Positions 50,419-64,000 of a DNA stretch of 64,000 nucleotides are shown in pieces. The position numbers and the translations under genes were made by a program. The stretch comes from Chrysomallon squamiferum (lineage: Eukaryota > Animalia > Mollusca). Location of the stretch: positions 11,594,001 through 11,658,000 of the forward strand of contig CM022666.1 in the NCBI GenBank assembly GCA_012295275.1, given 5' to 3'. The notes under the pieces were generated by a model, which did not search any database, had not been told where the DNA came from, and saw only the letters and a list, made by a program, of their open reading frames with translations. Position 1 is the stretch's first letter, and the number at the start of each line of letters is the position of its first letter.

Positions 50419-51445
50419 AACTGGCTTAGCAAACAATTACAGAAAAACAGTAATAAAAACTTTGTTATCAGAATAGATGCATTCTAAGCACACATCTTAA
50501 ACAAATGTAATTTTGACACTTTTTATTACTGCCATTATTTTCTTCTCCAAATACTGAGAGACTTTCAAAATTATTTCTGATTTATTGCGATCAGAATAAT
50601 AATAATAATAATAATAATAAAATTAAAATTAACATAATAATCATCATCATCATCTTATGAAGTTTGAATCATTATTAAAGATGGTTCACAGAAATCCAGA
50701 ATATTTATACAATTAGGAATCCTCTAAATTCCATAGCAGTAATTTCTTTTGTAATCGAATATTATCAATAGCAAAGTTGTTTAAATATTTCTTTCATTTT
50801 CGTGTGTGATAAACAATAGCTATTCTGAAGATGTTTTTTCTAGGTTTTCTTTTTTCATTTATTCACGAAATCACAAACACAAAGTCTTTATTGATTGTTT
50901 GCTGTCTTTTAAAATAGATAAAATATTGCAATAAATTAAGCAGCAATAATTACAAACATGAAATATGCTTTTATTTTTAATTTAGATGTTCACTTTATCT
51001 TTTTACTTTTAAAAAAATGTGTGCTTAATTTGTTATTTTAATTTTTCTGGAATCTTTCAACAATAAAGAAATATACAATTCTAACATTTTCTCTTCTTGT
51101 TGCTGTTAATACATTTTTCTTTGTTTTTCTCTGCTTGATTAACTCATACGTAATACAAACATCTGCGCTTGCATGAAAAACTACTCGATGCAGATTTGAT
51201 GAGTTATTCAGTTCATTTTTGTCTAGTTGATAGATTGTACTTACACACAGCTGTTTTAACAGATAACAGTCTCAACAAAATGCTCATAGTTTAATGAAAA
51301 AAAAGTATAATGAAACAAACACGTCACTGATCTAACTTTTTAACTTTCACCGATTTACGACTAAGCGTTCTTTTACTCTTTTCTTTTTCTACGTATTTAA
51401 TTATTGTTACTGCTGCTGCTGCAACTACTACAACTACTAGTGTTA

Positions 51446-51498
<53 letters not shown>

Positions 51499-53253
51499 GC
51501 CTTCTTTTTTTTTCCGCGATTTTCTCACATAAAGCAATTTGTCCAGGACGTCTTTTCAGTTTTCCTGGGATTATACTCACTGAGCATGACACAAAATCAT
51601 TCATATCGATTGCACGTTTTCTTCTAGCAGAAGAGCAATCGTGTTAAAGGAAATATTTGAAAAAATAAGATTATGTGAACTAACAGCGTTTTTCGTTCTT
51701 TTTTCTCTTTTTTTTTCCCACCCCTCACCTTTTTTTGATCTCAAAACAGACATTTCTGTAACAAACATATCAGTGTTTTATGAAACTTCTACTATTCTTG
51801 TTGCTAGTGGTGAACTTTTGGGGATACAAATAAATTATTATTATTATTATTATTATTATTATTTTAATAATTTTATTTTATTTTTTTTTTTTTTTTTTTT
51901 TTTGCAGTTGGTAGATTTTTCTCTAAACCACTGGTTTACAATAAATAAAAGCCGCCAAATCACCTAGAATAAAAATAAACAGATATGTCAGACGACTCAA
52001 AAATAGTAATGTAGAATAAATAAATAAATAAATAAATAAATAAATAGATAAATATCCATGTCGCATAAAAGAAGACTGGGGTACTGTGGTAAACACTGAC
52101 TTGTAGTAACTGCAGGTTTCCACAGTGAGTGGATTTTGTTTTGCAGATTACATCTCCAGTGTTAATTAATTGCATCCAGAGATGATATTACATAATAAAG
52201 ATTATCTACTGGACTAGAAAACTGTAGTTTAAGGAGTATGTTGTAGAATATATTAATTCACGAAATGCAGTTAATTACACAAGGCAGCTGTGGTTTCAAC
52301 TGCAATTAGTTTTAAAAAGTAATAGATATAAAACTAGACTAGATAGTCATAAAACTTTCCTAACAAATCTTATATAAATTGTATTATTTAAAATCTATTA
52401 AACAATTTAGCTTAATGTATCAATATATCAGCATAAACAGAAAGGCTACAAATGTTAGTGGAGCACACGCACAGACAAATTATATATTAACAGGGTTAAT
52501 GAAATCTGGAACATCAAATGAGACTGAGGTGCATAAGTTTGTGAGTTCAAGCTGCAAAGAAGATTCCAGACACAAATATGGAACAGGATATTTCTGTCAG
52601 TTGCATGAGAACTAGCTAAAACTAATAATATATCAATATTTATGAAAATTAATAAAATATAATAAACACTGTAAAAGTTTAACAATTTTATGTACATTTG
52701 AATATTTGTATCATGTCATTTGACAAAGTCCTCTTCACCTATGATCTGCTCTATGTCAACAAAGGTTCTAGCTTAAATATCAAATGATGATCATTCATCA
52801 GACATAAGAAAATACTATAAAAACAATTTGTCAACATCAGATTTGGTAATTTCAGCATTTTAAAGTTAATTTCAGCTGATAGTTTTTATATAAAATTATT
52901 TACTCAGACATTCTGACACTTTATAAAATGTTATTTACATTTTCCAACTATTTTAATGTAAAAAAATCATGATAATGGTCATCTCATTTCTCAAAAATAC
53001 TTTTAAATATTGCTCAGATCTGTGAAAAAGAAACAGTCAAAAACTGTTACTTACTAACTTCAAATCTGTATTCAGCAGACTCTGTCGGAAATCAATTCAC
53101 AGATCAAAATTGCTTCACCAGATGCAAATTATTTCATTTGATGTTTTTTTTATTTTAAAATAATTACTGAAATGACACTTTACAATTGATATCTGTACAG
53201 TAAGAAGAAAAAGAAACTGTCTGAGTGACAGACTGTGACATGAAGATGAGGTG

Positions 53254-56232
53254 TCAGAGGAAAGATGATGTGGATCCCGCGTGAGAGAAACGTGTGTTGA
53301 GTTCTCGAGATCTCTCAATGATAGCTTTCCTCTTAGCATCGTCAAAACGGTTCACTTGCAGATCAGTGTCTCGGTCAAAGGGTCTTCTAACTTTAGGCTT
53401 TTCCTTCTCCTTATGCTTTTCTTTCTTCTGTAGGAAACAAATCAGAAATGGATTAAATAACATATTGCTATATGACACATGCACACAAAAATAAATAAAC
53501 AAATAAATAAAATGCAGAGTAATATATGTATTAGTTTCAGGGTAAATTAAATTAATGAGGAAAAATATCTCACAAATTTAATTTTTGTTTCATATTTATA
53601 GAACTGTCACCAGTCAGCCTCTTCAATTAACAGGAGAAATTAGTTGTGAAGTTTGATAGTTCAAGTCATTTGTTGTATATCTGAATGATTCATTTCACAA
53701 ATGTGTTTTTTTCAAAACCTACAGAAACCCCTTTTGTATTTTGTTCAGTTTATTTTTATTTAATAAAAATTATTCTGACTGCTAATTTGGCTGAGTTAAT
53801 AAATCTTGGTATCAAAATGATATACCTCCCTCTTGTACTGCCATTCCCTACACAATTACATCCCTTGTTCATCAGCAAAACCTCACCAGTCATAATTTGA
53901 ATCAGATACATCAAAACATTAAAGATAAAATGTATAAGCATGTTTAATTGAAGGGGAGCCATACATAAACTACATGAGTCATCTAATGGTGCATGGCAAC
54001 ACATTTGTAATATTTATTTTTTTACTGATTAATTTTTGTACATGTTGTATAATGCAATGATTACAGAGGTTAAAATGTACCTTCTTTTTCCTCTGTTTCT
54101 GGTGCATTTCGAGAAGAGACTCTGGGTGTTTCGATTTCTGAAAATGAAAACAGTTTACCTGTAAGTTCTTTTTTGTCTACAGAAACTGTAATTTTCCAGT
54201 AAAATATTTAAATAACTTAAGTGTTCAATAGTTAAATAAATATTGATTAGAATAACAATAGTAAACTTCAGTGTAAAATATAGGTTAACTAACTTACATA
54301 TTAAGAAAAACTAAATTAAAGTCTCTTTCTTCAATTAGAACTCTGAAAATAAATCAGTTAATATTTTATTGAAAACTGATATCATGTGTAAAACTAGTCT
54401 GTTCTTTTTAAAGCATGTCCACGTTGGTATTTTACACAGTATCTGCCTTCAAACTGTTTTTTTTATACTGATATATTTTTCTACAATAAACTGCTTGTTT
54501 CAAGATCATTTTAACTGAAACCGGAACCACATCTCTTAAATGATTAGTGACAAACCTTATGTTTTTTAATTTCTTTCTCAGCTTTGACCACTTCTCTGCT
54601 GCTGTGTTGACTCTTTTCTGATGTCAACCATCTTTTTTCCTTATCCTGAAATAACAGAATTAAAATACATTATCAATGCAAAATAAACCCAACAAAAGTC
54701 TCTGAAGAAGAACACAGTTTTAACAAATATTTATATGTAACTTATACATACTTTACACAGGATGTTCCAGTTTATTCTTATGTTTCTGGTCCAAAATATT
54801 TTCTTATCTTTATTTCATGAAGGCACAACTCCATTTATAAATAGACAAAATGGCAATATTCATATATTTTTTGTAAAAGTGTTATTTTATTAACATAATC
54901 TGTCAAACCAAATAAAATATTATTTTACAAGTATAAAAACTTTTTAGACCATTAATTCATATCATTACATTAGATTCATTTATATCAACAAAAACATGTG
55001 AAGGTCTTTGAAAGTTGTTTTTTTTGTTATTTTATAGTATTACACAAAATATTTCTATCTTAATCCATTTTGTTTTATAATTTCAGATACAACCGTTTTC
55101 TTCCTCACATCAGACATTCAGAAAGAAACAAGGATTCTCACCAATTCATTTAACAGTCATGTATGACAACTGAATTCAGACACTTGATATAAAATGAATA
55201 TTTAAAAATGCAACATCAAAAATATATTTTAAAAAAAAGAATTAAAATAGCAATATAATAATAAGCAGAAATGTCATTTAAATGATTTTTACTCTGCAAA
55301 ATTAAAATAGACAATTTTTATTAATATTTCAAGAACCAACTTTTGCCTTTCTCTCTCGGTCAGCAGGTGTGTCTGTCCATCCTGAAGTGTCCCTCTCAGA
55401 GTCAGGAATCACACGTTTCCGGAACGTTCTTGTCTGCATGCTGAGACCAATAGTTTTCACCAGTTGTGAAGGTAATTCTGTCATCCATGATTCACGAGCA
55501 GGCTCGCCAGAATCAGTAGGCTAAATGGACAGGAGAAACAAAATCAAGAAAAAGAAAAAAAAAAGTTTAATTTTCAAAAATTGTTAAAAAAAAACAGTTT
55601 GTTTAAAATCCAACATAAATAATTATCAGAATAATGATAATAATTTCAATGCTGAATAATATTACATAAAAATTTAAAAAATTTTTATCATTATACATTT
55701 TTAATTTTGCACTGATAGTTTCAAAAAGAAGACTTACTTTTTCTGTCAATATTTCTTTCATCTTCTGAGCTCTTTTTTCAAATTCATCTATTGCAGATGA
55801 TACAGAAGCAGGTGCCATTTCGGAAGGCAATGGGCCAATTACATTTTCTGGCTCCTCATCATCACTAGTGACATCTTGACAAGTTTTGAAATGAGAAGTA
55901 AAATGTTCTTGTTTGTGTTGTGCAGGTAATGCTGGTCCACAGTGTGGTGATTTCCCTGTCTGAGTTTTATCACAGGTGTTACCTGAACCAGGTAAGGAGG
56001 GTTCAATACACCTGTCATCTCTGTGTGATGACAACTCATTAAAATCATCTTTAGTCCTTGTGTTATCCAGTTCTCTTTCTTGTGAGGACTGTTGTTTCAT
56101 TCCTGGTGGAAGCACTGGTCCTATGATACTATTGCCATGTGTAGCATTACTTGAAGAATCCTTTTTTGTTTCATTCGTTTTTTCTGTCTTTAATCCAGGA
56201 GGCAAAACTGGACCATATACATCATCTTCCAT
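53254..56232 (-). CDS. GPALPP1: GPALPP motifs-containing protein 1 (DUF3752), five coding exons, 331 aa
   Basis: Exons 56232-55738, 55520-55341, 54645-54556, 54137-54081 and 53427-53254 are all GT-AG and phase 0. Motifs: YGPVLPPG, IGPVLPPG, GPALP, IGPLP, EFEKRAQKMKE, RESWMTELP, RTFRKR, WTDTPADRERK, ESLLEMHQK, RRPFDRDTDLQVNRFDDAKRKAII..SRELNTRFSH...FL. Confidence 0.95.
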
Positions 56233-57223
56233 TTTCCATTAAGTTAAAATCTCAAAACAATTTTCATAATATCTGTAAATAATAATAATAATAATAGTAA
56301 ATAACCAAAAAATAAAAATAATGATAAAATAAAATAAATAATAGCATATTTTAGGAAAAGGAAATCCTTTGACAGGATGATTTAGCACCAATTTCATCAT
56401 TTTTATGATAATATATAGCTCATCTAAAGCTTTCATCCTCTATTTTTCATATATCAAAAACCTTTTTCACTATCTAAATAATATATATTATTGATTTAAT
56501 ATTTAATACCCAACAGCAGTAGTCACAGCTGATATTGTTACACATAAACATATGACCACGTTAATGAGGATGGGAATTAAAATGATATATGTGGAATTGT
56601 TCATAAATCTTTGATAATAAAATCCTATAATATAAAATGATTCATTTTTAAAACTTTACACTGATTATCATTATCACCAGCCTTAGTGAAGTTAGTCCCA
56701 ACCCAGTTACTCAATTTACTGTTTAAATACTCAAATTTCTGAACTTTATGAAGAAAAATTGGGTGCATAAAAAGTAACCTTTAATATATTAATATTATAT
56801 AAAGTATATAAGCAATAATATCTGATGGGCCTTATAGTTATAAAGTTATGGCTTATTAAGAAAAACATTTAAAATTTTAAGATCTAATTTCTGAGATAGT
56901 CAGATACTAATGCTAATCATGACTAATGGCTGTTTAATAATAATGATATTAGGTAATCTCTGACTGAATTTGCTAGTTTGTCAAACGGCAGTGTGTTTTT
57001 AGATCTATAAGGTATATCACTTTTTTTTTTTTAATGCCACAAATTAAAAAATCGTATCAAAATATTTCAACTTGAAATTCAAATTTGGGATAAAAAGGGT
57101 TTAAGTTTAACTCTTTACCAATTATATAATGCCTATATTATATTATGTATGCTTATGATTACGATAATCTTTTCAACCATGATAAGTTTATTATTATTAT
57201 ACAAACTGTAACTGATTACTTAC

Positions 57224-57919
57224 GGCATAGAATAAAAGGTTTCTATCCACGGACTGACAGCGTTTTATTGTTTTGTTTCGTCTTATGTAATTTCCACCAT
57301 AAATAAAAACTCCTATGCAATTCATTTCTTACCGGGTAATAAAAAAAAAAAATAAAACAATTTAGACAGTCGAATATGAGTCCTTAAACCAATATAAGAT
57401 ATCAATGATTAAGAAAATTTTTCCTCATACTAAAATTCGGCAATGTACAAACGTGCTCGGATAACAATCTGTCTTCAGTCGGTTGGCTGCAAAAAATCGC
57501 ACGAAACAATCGTCGAATATGAGAAAAGATAATACTGACAATGTTTAACGTTTGTTTGTTCATGTCGTTTTTATACTACATGTATAGTGCATACATTCAT
57601 TTGTTCCATGTTCGTGATAAAATAAGAAACCATCGTAGCCCTTAAACAGACACCGACTCCTGGCTTATTCATTCCGCTTCTTCTTTTGTTTTCATTTTTT
57701 CTTTCTTTCTCCTTCTTCTTTTTAAATTTATTGTTATAATAATATTTTGTTATGGTAACTATATTGTTGAATGTGATAAACATTATAATATATATTTTTT
57801 TAATTTGTAAATGAATATGAAAAATAAAAACGAAGGACAAGCAATAAAAATGAAAAAAAAGATTAAGTCAATGATATAAAAAATAATTTTAAAAAACATA
57901 TAACAACAACAACAACAAC

Positions 57920-57968
<49 letters not shown>

Positions 57969-58073
57969 GAAACTCAAATGTAGATGTAATAATAATAAGT
58001 TGTGTGATTCTCCTCGACCTTGACCTTTTGGGTCATGTATTATGAAATGAACTGTTTTGTATTGGCTGTTCAG
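57224..58073. promoter_or_regulatory. Candidate divergent promoter region between GPALPP1 and the membrane-protein gene
   Basis: A minus-strand GTAAGT donor at 57223 could pair with the acceptor at 56273 just upstream of the GPALPP1 ATG. A plus-strand CAG|GTAAAC donor at 58074 could pair with the acceptor at 60045 upstream of the ATG at 60070. Local CpG content is raised around 57430-57680. Confidence 0.4.
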
Positions 58074-58355
58074 GTAAACCAGGTAGTGAATACATTTCGT
58101 TACAATTTTTCTGCTAAAACTGATAATTTTTAAACAGTATATTGTTTTAAATATCTAACTATAATTTATTTTATACAAAGAATAATTACTATCCAAATTA
58201 ACTAATGATTAACATGTCAAGATTACGGATTCCGGGATTGTTTATCTTAATCATAATGTTATCATTCCGGGTATAGGATTTATAAGAAAACATAACTCTA
58301 CCATACAGTTCTTTCACTCCATAATTATATTTTTATGATAGTTTTGTATATACTT

Positions 58356-58398
<43 letters not shown>

Positions 58399-59415
58399 TG
58401 AATAATAATATGTATAAGTATATGTATATCATATATGTATATCTATATGTATAATCTACATTTACAGTGCAAGTGTTTTTGTTATTTTGCATTCGCTAAG
58501 TTACAGTATTGTGAGCAAATTTCGTTCAATGTATAATTCGTCATTCACTGAAGAAAGAGATCAAACAATTACTAAGGCTTATTAATATATTTGTGTTTGT
58601 TCGTACCTTTAGTCCCTTATTCCAGTAACACTAACTGGCATGCATCAACAGCTAAGATAGTTGACATTTACTGGTAATAGATAAAGTGAAAAACATTAGC
58701 CTAATTATTATACTTATATCCGTTTGTAACAACCATCACACTGACAAACTGGTATTCATCATAAGCGCTGACACACCTGTATGACTCAGCACTATTTTAG
58801 TATTTATACATTATTTGTACTTGATAGAGACTAAACTAATATTTATTAATGTTATGAACAGATTGTTCAGAAGTAATTTTTTTTATCATGGACGAATTTA
58901 CAATGAATATTTTTTCATAATGGACGAGCTGTTAAGGCATGGGATCCCAAAAAACCTCCTAGTAAAATCATTAAAGTGTTTCAGATTAACTCCATATTAT
59001 ATCTGTGTACAAATAAAATAAATAAATAAACAACAACAACAATAACAAATTATTTTATTAATAATACATATAAGAGGATTTTTAAGCAAAAATAATTATT
59101 GCAATGTATTTTCTTATACCATAGTGACTACTAAAGTATTATTATGTTTAAAAACAACAACATCCATTTACATCTTTCACTCTGTATTACTGGTAACTAA
59201 TTATATTCTGCCAGAAAATTATAATAGGGAACAAACTTCAGTTAGTGAATAGAACTTGTGTATAGTTTGGTTACACATCACACAACTGAAATATGAATTA
59301 GTTCATATAAATACATTCCTTTTACTAAATGTACAAACAAACTATGGCTGCTGGTTTAGTTCATGTAATTACTAATTATTTAATTATCCAGCAATGTCAT
59401 TTACAATTAATAAGG

Positions 59416-59479
<64 letters not shown>

Positions 59480-60069
59480 ATTTATAAAATAAAAAGATAA
59501 CCAATTCCAGGAACAAACACAAAAGTTACAAAAATATTTTTTTTGCCTCTTCAGTAGAACATTCTGTTTTAAAGACAAGTAAACCATCTGTTTTCTAGCT
59601 GTGAACATTTTCTTTTAATCATTATTTATCTCCGTAAATAAACTTGTGGATTATTCTGTATTATTACATCTTTCTGGTAACACAAAATCAGTTCACCAGC
59701 AGAATGACAAAATCAGAAAATTTGATTTCATTATAGCATTGATAAAATTAGCCTATAACACAAATAAAACAATAAAGAATAACCCCAAAGCAGGCACAAT
59801 AAATTTACCTTGTTTGTATCATCAAAAATAAACATTAAAAACAAAACTTGAAAATATGAAGTACAGTAAAGAACCCAGTGAAGATCATTTAAGTTAGGAA
59901 CAATTCATAATCATCTGCAGCTAAACTTACAGCAAAATACATCAAATGTAAATTACTCTGTTGTTATAGCAGTTATATATATTTAATTTTTATTGTTAAC
60001 TCTTAACAAGATATTTGATGTGTAATTTATTCCTTTGTTCTCCAGAAGTAGTACACACTGGACACCAGA

Positions 60070-61528
60070 ATGTCTGTATCAGCATACTTTTGTATGTTTA
60101 TTCAGCTGGCTGTGCTAATACCAATGACTTGTCTTTCACCAGGTTTGTTGTTTTTTCTGTATTCATTCTAAAATGCAGTTATTTACACCTTTAAGAAGAT
60201 ATATATAGGCATATTGTTAAATATAGCAATGTATCACTATGAAATTATTTTATAATCATTTTTCTTTCCTTATTATCTTTAATGAAAAAACTTATGGCAA
60301 GTTTATGTTTATTATAACAAAGGAAGCTGCTGTAATAATTGTTAGTCAATCTCAAACAGGTATTGGAGTTACAGAAAGGTTTTTAATTCATTTATTTTAA
60401 ACAGCACCACTTTATGATGAACCAACCTGGAAAAAAGCCCTCAAAACTTTTCCAAAGTGGACTGGTTATTACGTAAAGAATGAACACCACTATTCATGTA
60501 GTCTGTATGTGCATTCGGTACAGAGTGGTGTGCAGGGGACTGCCATGTTGACATTCAGAGATAGAGACACTGTTATGGATGTCACTGGTAAGTGGAAACC
60601 ACATCAAGCAGCTCGTGTTAAATTGAAATTACATATCCAGCTTATCAAAAGAGAAAATATCACCATTTTGTATGTTAACACTGACGTTTATACATTGGAC
60701 CCTTGCAATGTAAATTCTGATGGTAACACTCAATAAAAGGGTGAGACAAAAATTTAAAAATTTAAAAAAATAAAATTGTTTGTTTTATACACATTAACTG
60801 AAACAGTATTTAATCCAGAAACTGAACAAAACTAAATAGAAATATTTTTATGTTACATGATACTTTTTTAAAAGATTCTATTTATGTTGCAGCATTTTCC
60901 TATGACAGAGTCACAGTAATGATCAAACTTGAATCTATACACATACCTAGTGCACGTTTCCCAGGAGATGTGGATTTTCAAATTGAAGGAAAAATTGACG
61001 AAGTTCAAGGCATCTGGACACTTTCAGGGAACATTACAGAACCAAAACATGAAGGTTTTAGTACATTTCTGGTCACAGCTCATGGTAAGCATTCCAGACA
61101 TTTCTTTTAAATCTGGTATTTTTATTCAGAGACTGTTTTGAAAATATAATTTATAATCAGTATATAACAGCTACTTAAATGATTACCTTATTAGTACTGA
61201 ATAGTTAATAATAGTTGTATTATAGCATCTACACATTCCATAGTTTATATTATTATATTAACTTGTGAGTGTCAGTATATTTCATCTTTTTATAGGTTTA
61301 TCCTCTGAAACAATAACTGAAACAAAATCTTCATCACTGACCATTGGACTTGCAGTTGGAATCCCTCTTGCACTAGTAATCCTTTTCCTCATTATATCAA
61401 TCCTGCTAATCATGTGGGCAGTCAGAAAGGGATACCTGCGACATGTGCCTCGTTCGTTTAAAATGCTCCACAATCCACCAGATTCAGATGTTCGTCTTCA
61501 AAATGGTGCGGTAACAGTACATATGTAA
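60070..61528 (+). CDS. Uncharacterised type I single-pass membrane protein, four coding exons, 226 aa
   Basis: Exons 60070-60142, 60405-60587, 60893-61084 and 61296-61528 have GT-AG borders, all introns are phase 1, and the total of 681 nt is open. Signal peptide MSVSAYFCMFIQLAVLIPMTCLS, a beta-rich ectodomain, a Ser/Thr stalk (SSETITETKSSS), transmembrane segment IGLAVGIPLALVILFLIISILLIMWAV, an RK stop-transfer and a short tail ending VTVHM. Confidence 0.85.
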
Positions 61529-62712
61529 CCTCTTTTCTAAAAACAAACATCTCAGTCAGAAAACCTCAAAACCTTGTTTGAACAGCAGATGTCATTCATT
61601 TGAATAGAAACTTTGTCATTACTGTTGTAAACAGTTGTTCTCAGTCAACAACAAATTCAATCTCTAGTGTAAAATATTTATTGAAATCAGTATGTTTTAT
61701 TCCTACAAAACACATTATCTTTTTTCAGATAATAGTAAACCCTTGTTTTATTTTTTATTTTATTTTTGTGTTGTTTTGTTTATTTGTTCCTATAATAAGA
61801 AAAAAATGTCTGCAAATATATCAGAATAAAATCAGTAACTATTTCAAAGTATGAAAATATTGACAAATGAATTAAGTTATGGACCATGAATCTCTCTGAA
61901 AATTGTTGGTGTCAGAAGATGTCATCTAGATATTTAATCTTTATAAAAGTTATTATGCTCAAGGAATATTAATGTATTGTGTCTATGTTATTAGATGTAA
62001 ATAGCTAAAAGTGTTCATAATACATCAGAAATGAATCTTAAATTCAAACATATCATATTTTTAAAATACTATTACATTCCTAATATTTTTACCAGCAGTA
62101 ACTGATGTAATATGTGAAAATATTTTTGAAATGGTTTGAAGTTATTAATTGTTCGCTATAGAATAAACACAAATATATCAATGACTGTTGATTTGAATTT
62201 TGTAAGAACTAATTAGTAGGAATACCAATACAAATGCAGGGAGAAAAATCAGCAGAAAACTAAAGAAAAACAAACCAATATTTAATGAGGTTAATCCATA
62301 CTAGAGATGTTTTTCACTCAACAGTAACAATTTATGAAAGATAGTCCCTTAGGAAAATAAAACCTTATGACTAGATATATTCATCCATGTATAACGATTT
62401 CTATCACTGAATCTTAACTGTTACTTTATTTTCATGTTTTTAGATATTTCTAAACTTTTTGTAAGTTGTGTTCAGTTCATCTGTCTTTCATTTTAAATGC
62501 TTGTGGCAAGACATTTAATGTTTTGAATACCAGATAAGTTCATGATGTTCCTAGGCCTAAAAACAAAACCCATATAAATATGTATCCTATTATTGTTGAA
62601 TGTATTCACATAAAATGATTTTCACTAAATATAATGAAAAGTAATTTTTTTTTCAGTAGATCTGTTTTCTTTATTGTTAATATTATTTTAATGTAAATGT
62701 CAGCTAATTAAG

Positions 62713-62788
<76 letters not shown>

Positions 62789-63491
62789 AGATACTCAGCA
62801 TGTTTAAGAATAGACATCATTAATCATTATAGAAGACTAAAAACCTATTTTATGATTTTAATAAACTTCAAAGTATGTGTTTCATCTTGAATATTTTTCT
62901 TTATTTTGTGAACTGTACATGTCTAAGGTTGTGAAGCATTCCTAATGGAATTTGTAGTTTTCAGTAGCATTATTTCAGTTATATCTCTAAAACACAAACA
63001 CCAGAATTGTGTTTAATGAGAGGTCATCTCTTGTATTTATCAGCTCTTGCTGGACATTTTTTATTCTTAAACTGTTATTCAATATATGCACTTTTTACAA
63101 ACTTTTTAAAATAAAATAATTAAAATTTAAAATGATAACATTTTCTAATATAAGCTGAACTATTTTATCACCATTGTGTATGTTATATATCCTTTTCACA
63201 CTTTTGTTATTTAGTTTCAGATACATTAATATTACTATTAATCTTCAAGAGGATAATTTTGAACGATTATCTTTTAAAGTGATATAAATATTGTTTTCAA
63301 TATATTTGTTAATAAGATCTCCCAATCTGTTTTGCCAATAATAATAATAGAATTTTGTATTATATTGTTTTGATTTGTTTTGATTGTTTCAATTTTTAAT
63401 ACTTCTGTTGTTTGATATGTTTATATATGCACATACACATACATACATACATACACATATACTACATCCATATATATATATATATATATAT

Positions 63492-63772
63492 CAGGCAAGT
63501 ATACAGAAATGTGTGATAGGTACATATGCACTCCCTATAGTCTGCCAAGGTCAGTCTATGGGAGGGTAAAAAAAAAGAAAAAAAAAGTAGTATGAAATTG
63601 TTGCAGTTAGGGTGGTTCTATGTAAACACATTTAGCTGTAAAGATAAATTTCAAACTTACTACATCCCAGAATGCAGGAAAATGCATCTCCTTGCATTAC
63701 AGATTTTAAAAGTTTTGTCCTCTATGTCGTCAGTTATTCACCCTCCCATATAAATTTCTGCATACTGGCCTG
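63492..63772. mobile_element. MITE (hAT-like ends)
   Basis: CAGGCAAGTATACAGAAAT matches the reverse complement of the right end, CAGGCCAGTATGCAGAAAT, at 17 of 19. Internal inverted pair TATGGGAGGGT / ACCCTCCCATA. Confidence 0.75.
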
Positions 63773-64000
63773 TGTATAAATGTTTATATATATATATATG
63801 GAAGTATATATATATTTCTATTTATGATAGTATTTTGATTATTGTAAAGGTTTTAGTTACTACAGTTATTTAAACCTGCAATTTGGTATTATAAATTATT
63901 TTTTTTTTTGCTCTTTTTTATTTATTTTGCTTTTTAATTTATTTTTGTACTGGTTATCAATGAATGCATTGCCACAAGTGGAAAAGATTCTATATTTTGT

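Overview
AT-rich, microsatellite-rich eukaryotic genomic DNA with spliceosomal GT-AG introns. It is most consistent with an invertebrate, probably a gastropod mollusc (inferred from the neuropeptide type and the style of the repeats, not proven). Five protein-coding genes were reconstructed by hand with phase-consistent splice junctions. (1) An 11-exon polypeptide N-acetylgalactosaminyltransferase (2133-7137, +, 616 aa). (2) An intronless 737-aa ORF (10336-12549, +) with four CENP-B-N/psq-type helix-turn-helix repeats in A-B-B-A order and a CENP-B-like dimerisation tail but no DDE domain, probably a domesticated pogo/Tigger derivative. (3) A two-exon, 180-aa neuropeptide precursor (+) whose signal-peptide exon (36119-36186) lies 13.8 kb upstream of the exon encoding eight (L/F)DxxGxGFI peptides (49944-50418). 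(4) GPALPP1 (five coding exons, 53254-56232, -). (5) An unrecognised 226-aa type I membrane protein (60070-61528, +). Non-coding features include two minisatellite arrays with a ~51-bp period (one inside the neuropeptide intron and dense in ACTAAY motifs), several MITEs, SINE-like fragments, possible transposon relics and a diverged direct repeat flanking the GALNT gene. No CRISPR array, rRNA or tRNA was found. All family calls come from motif recognition without database searches.
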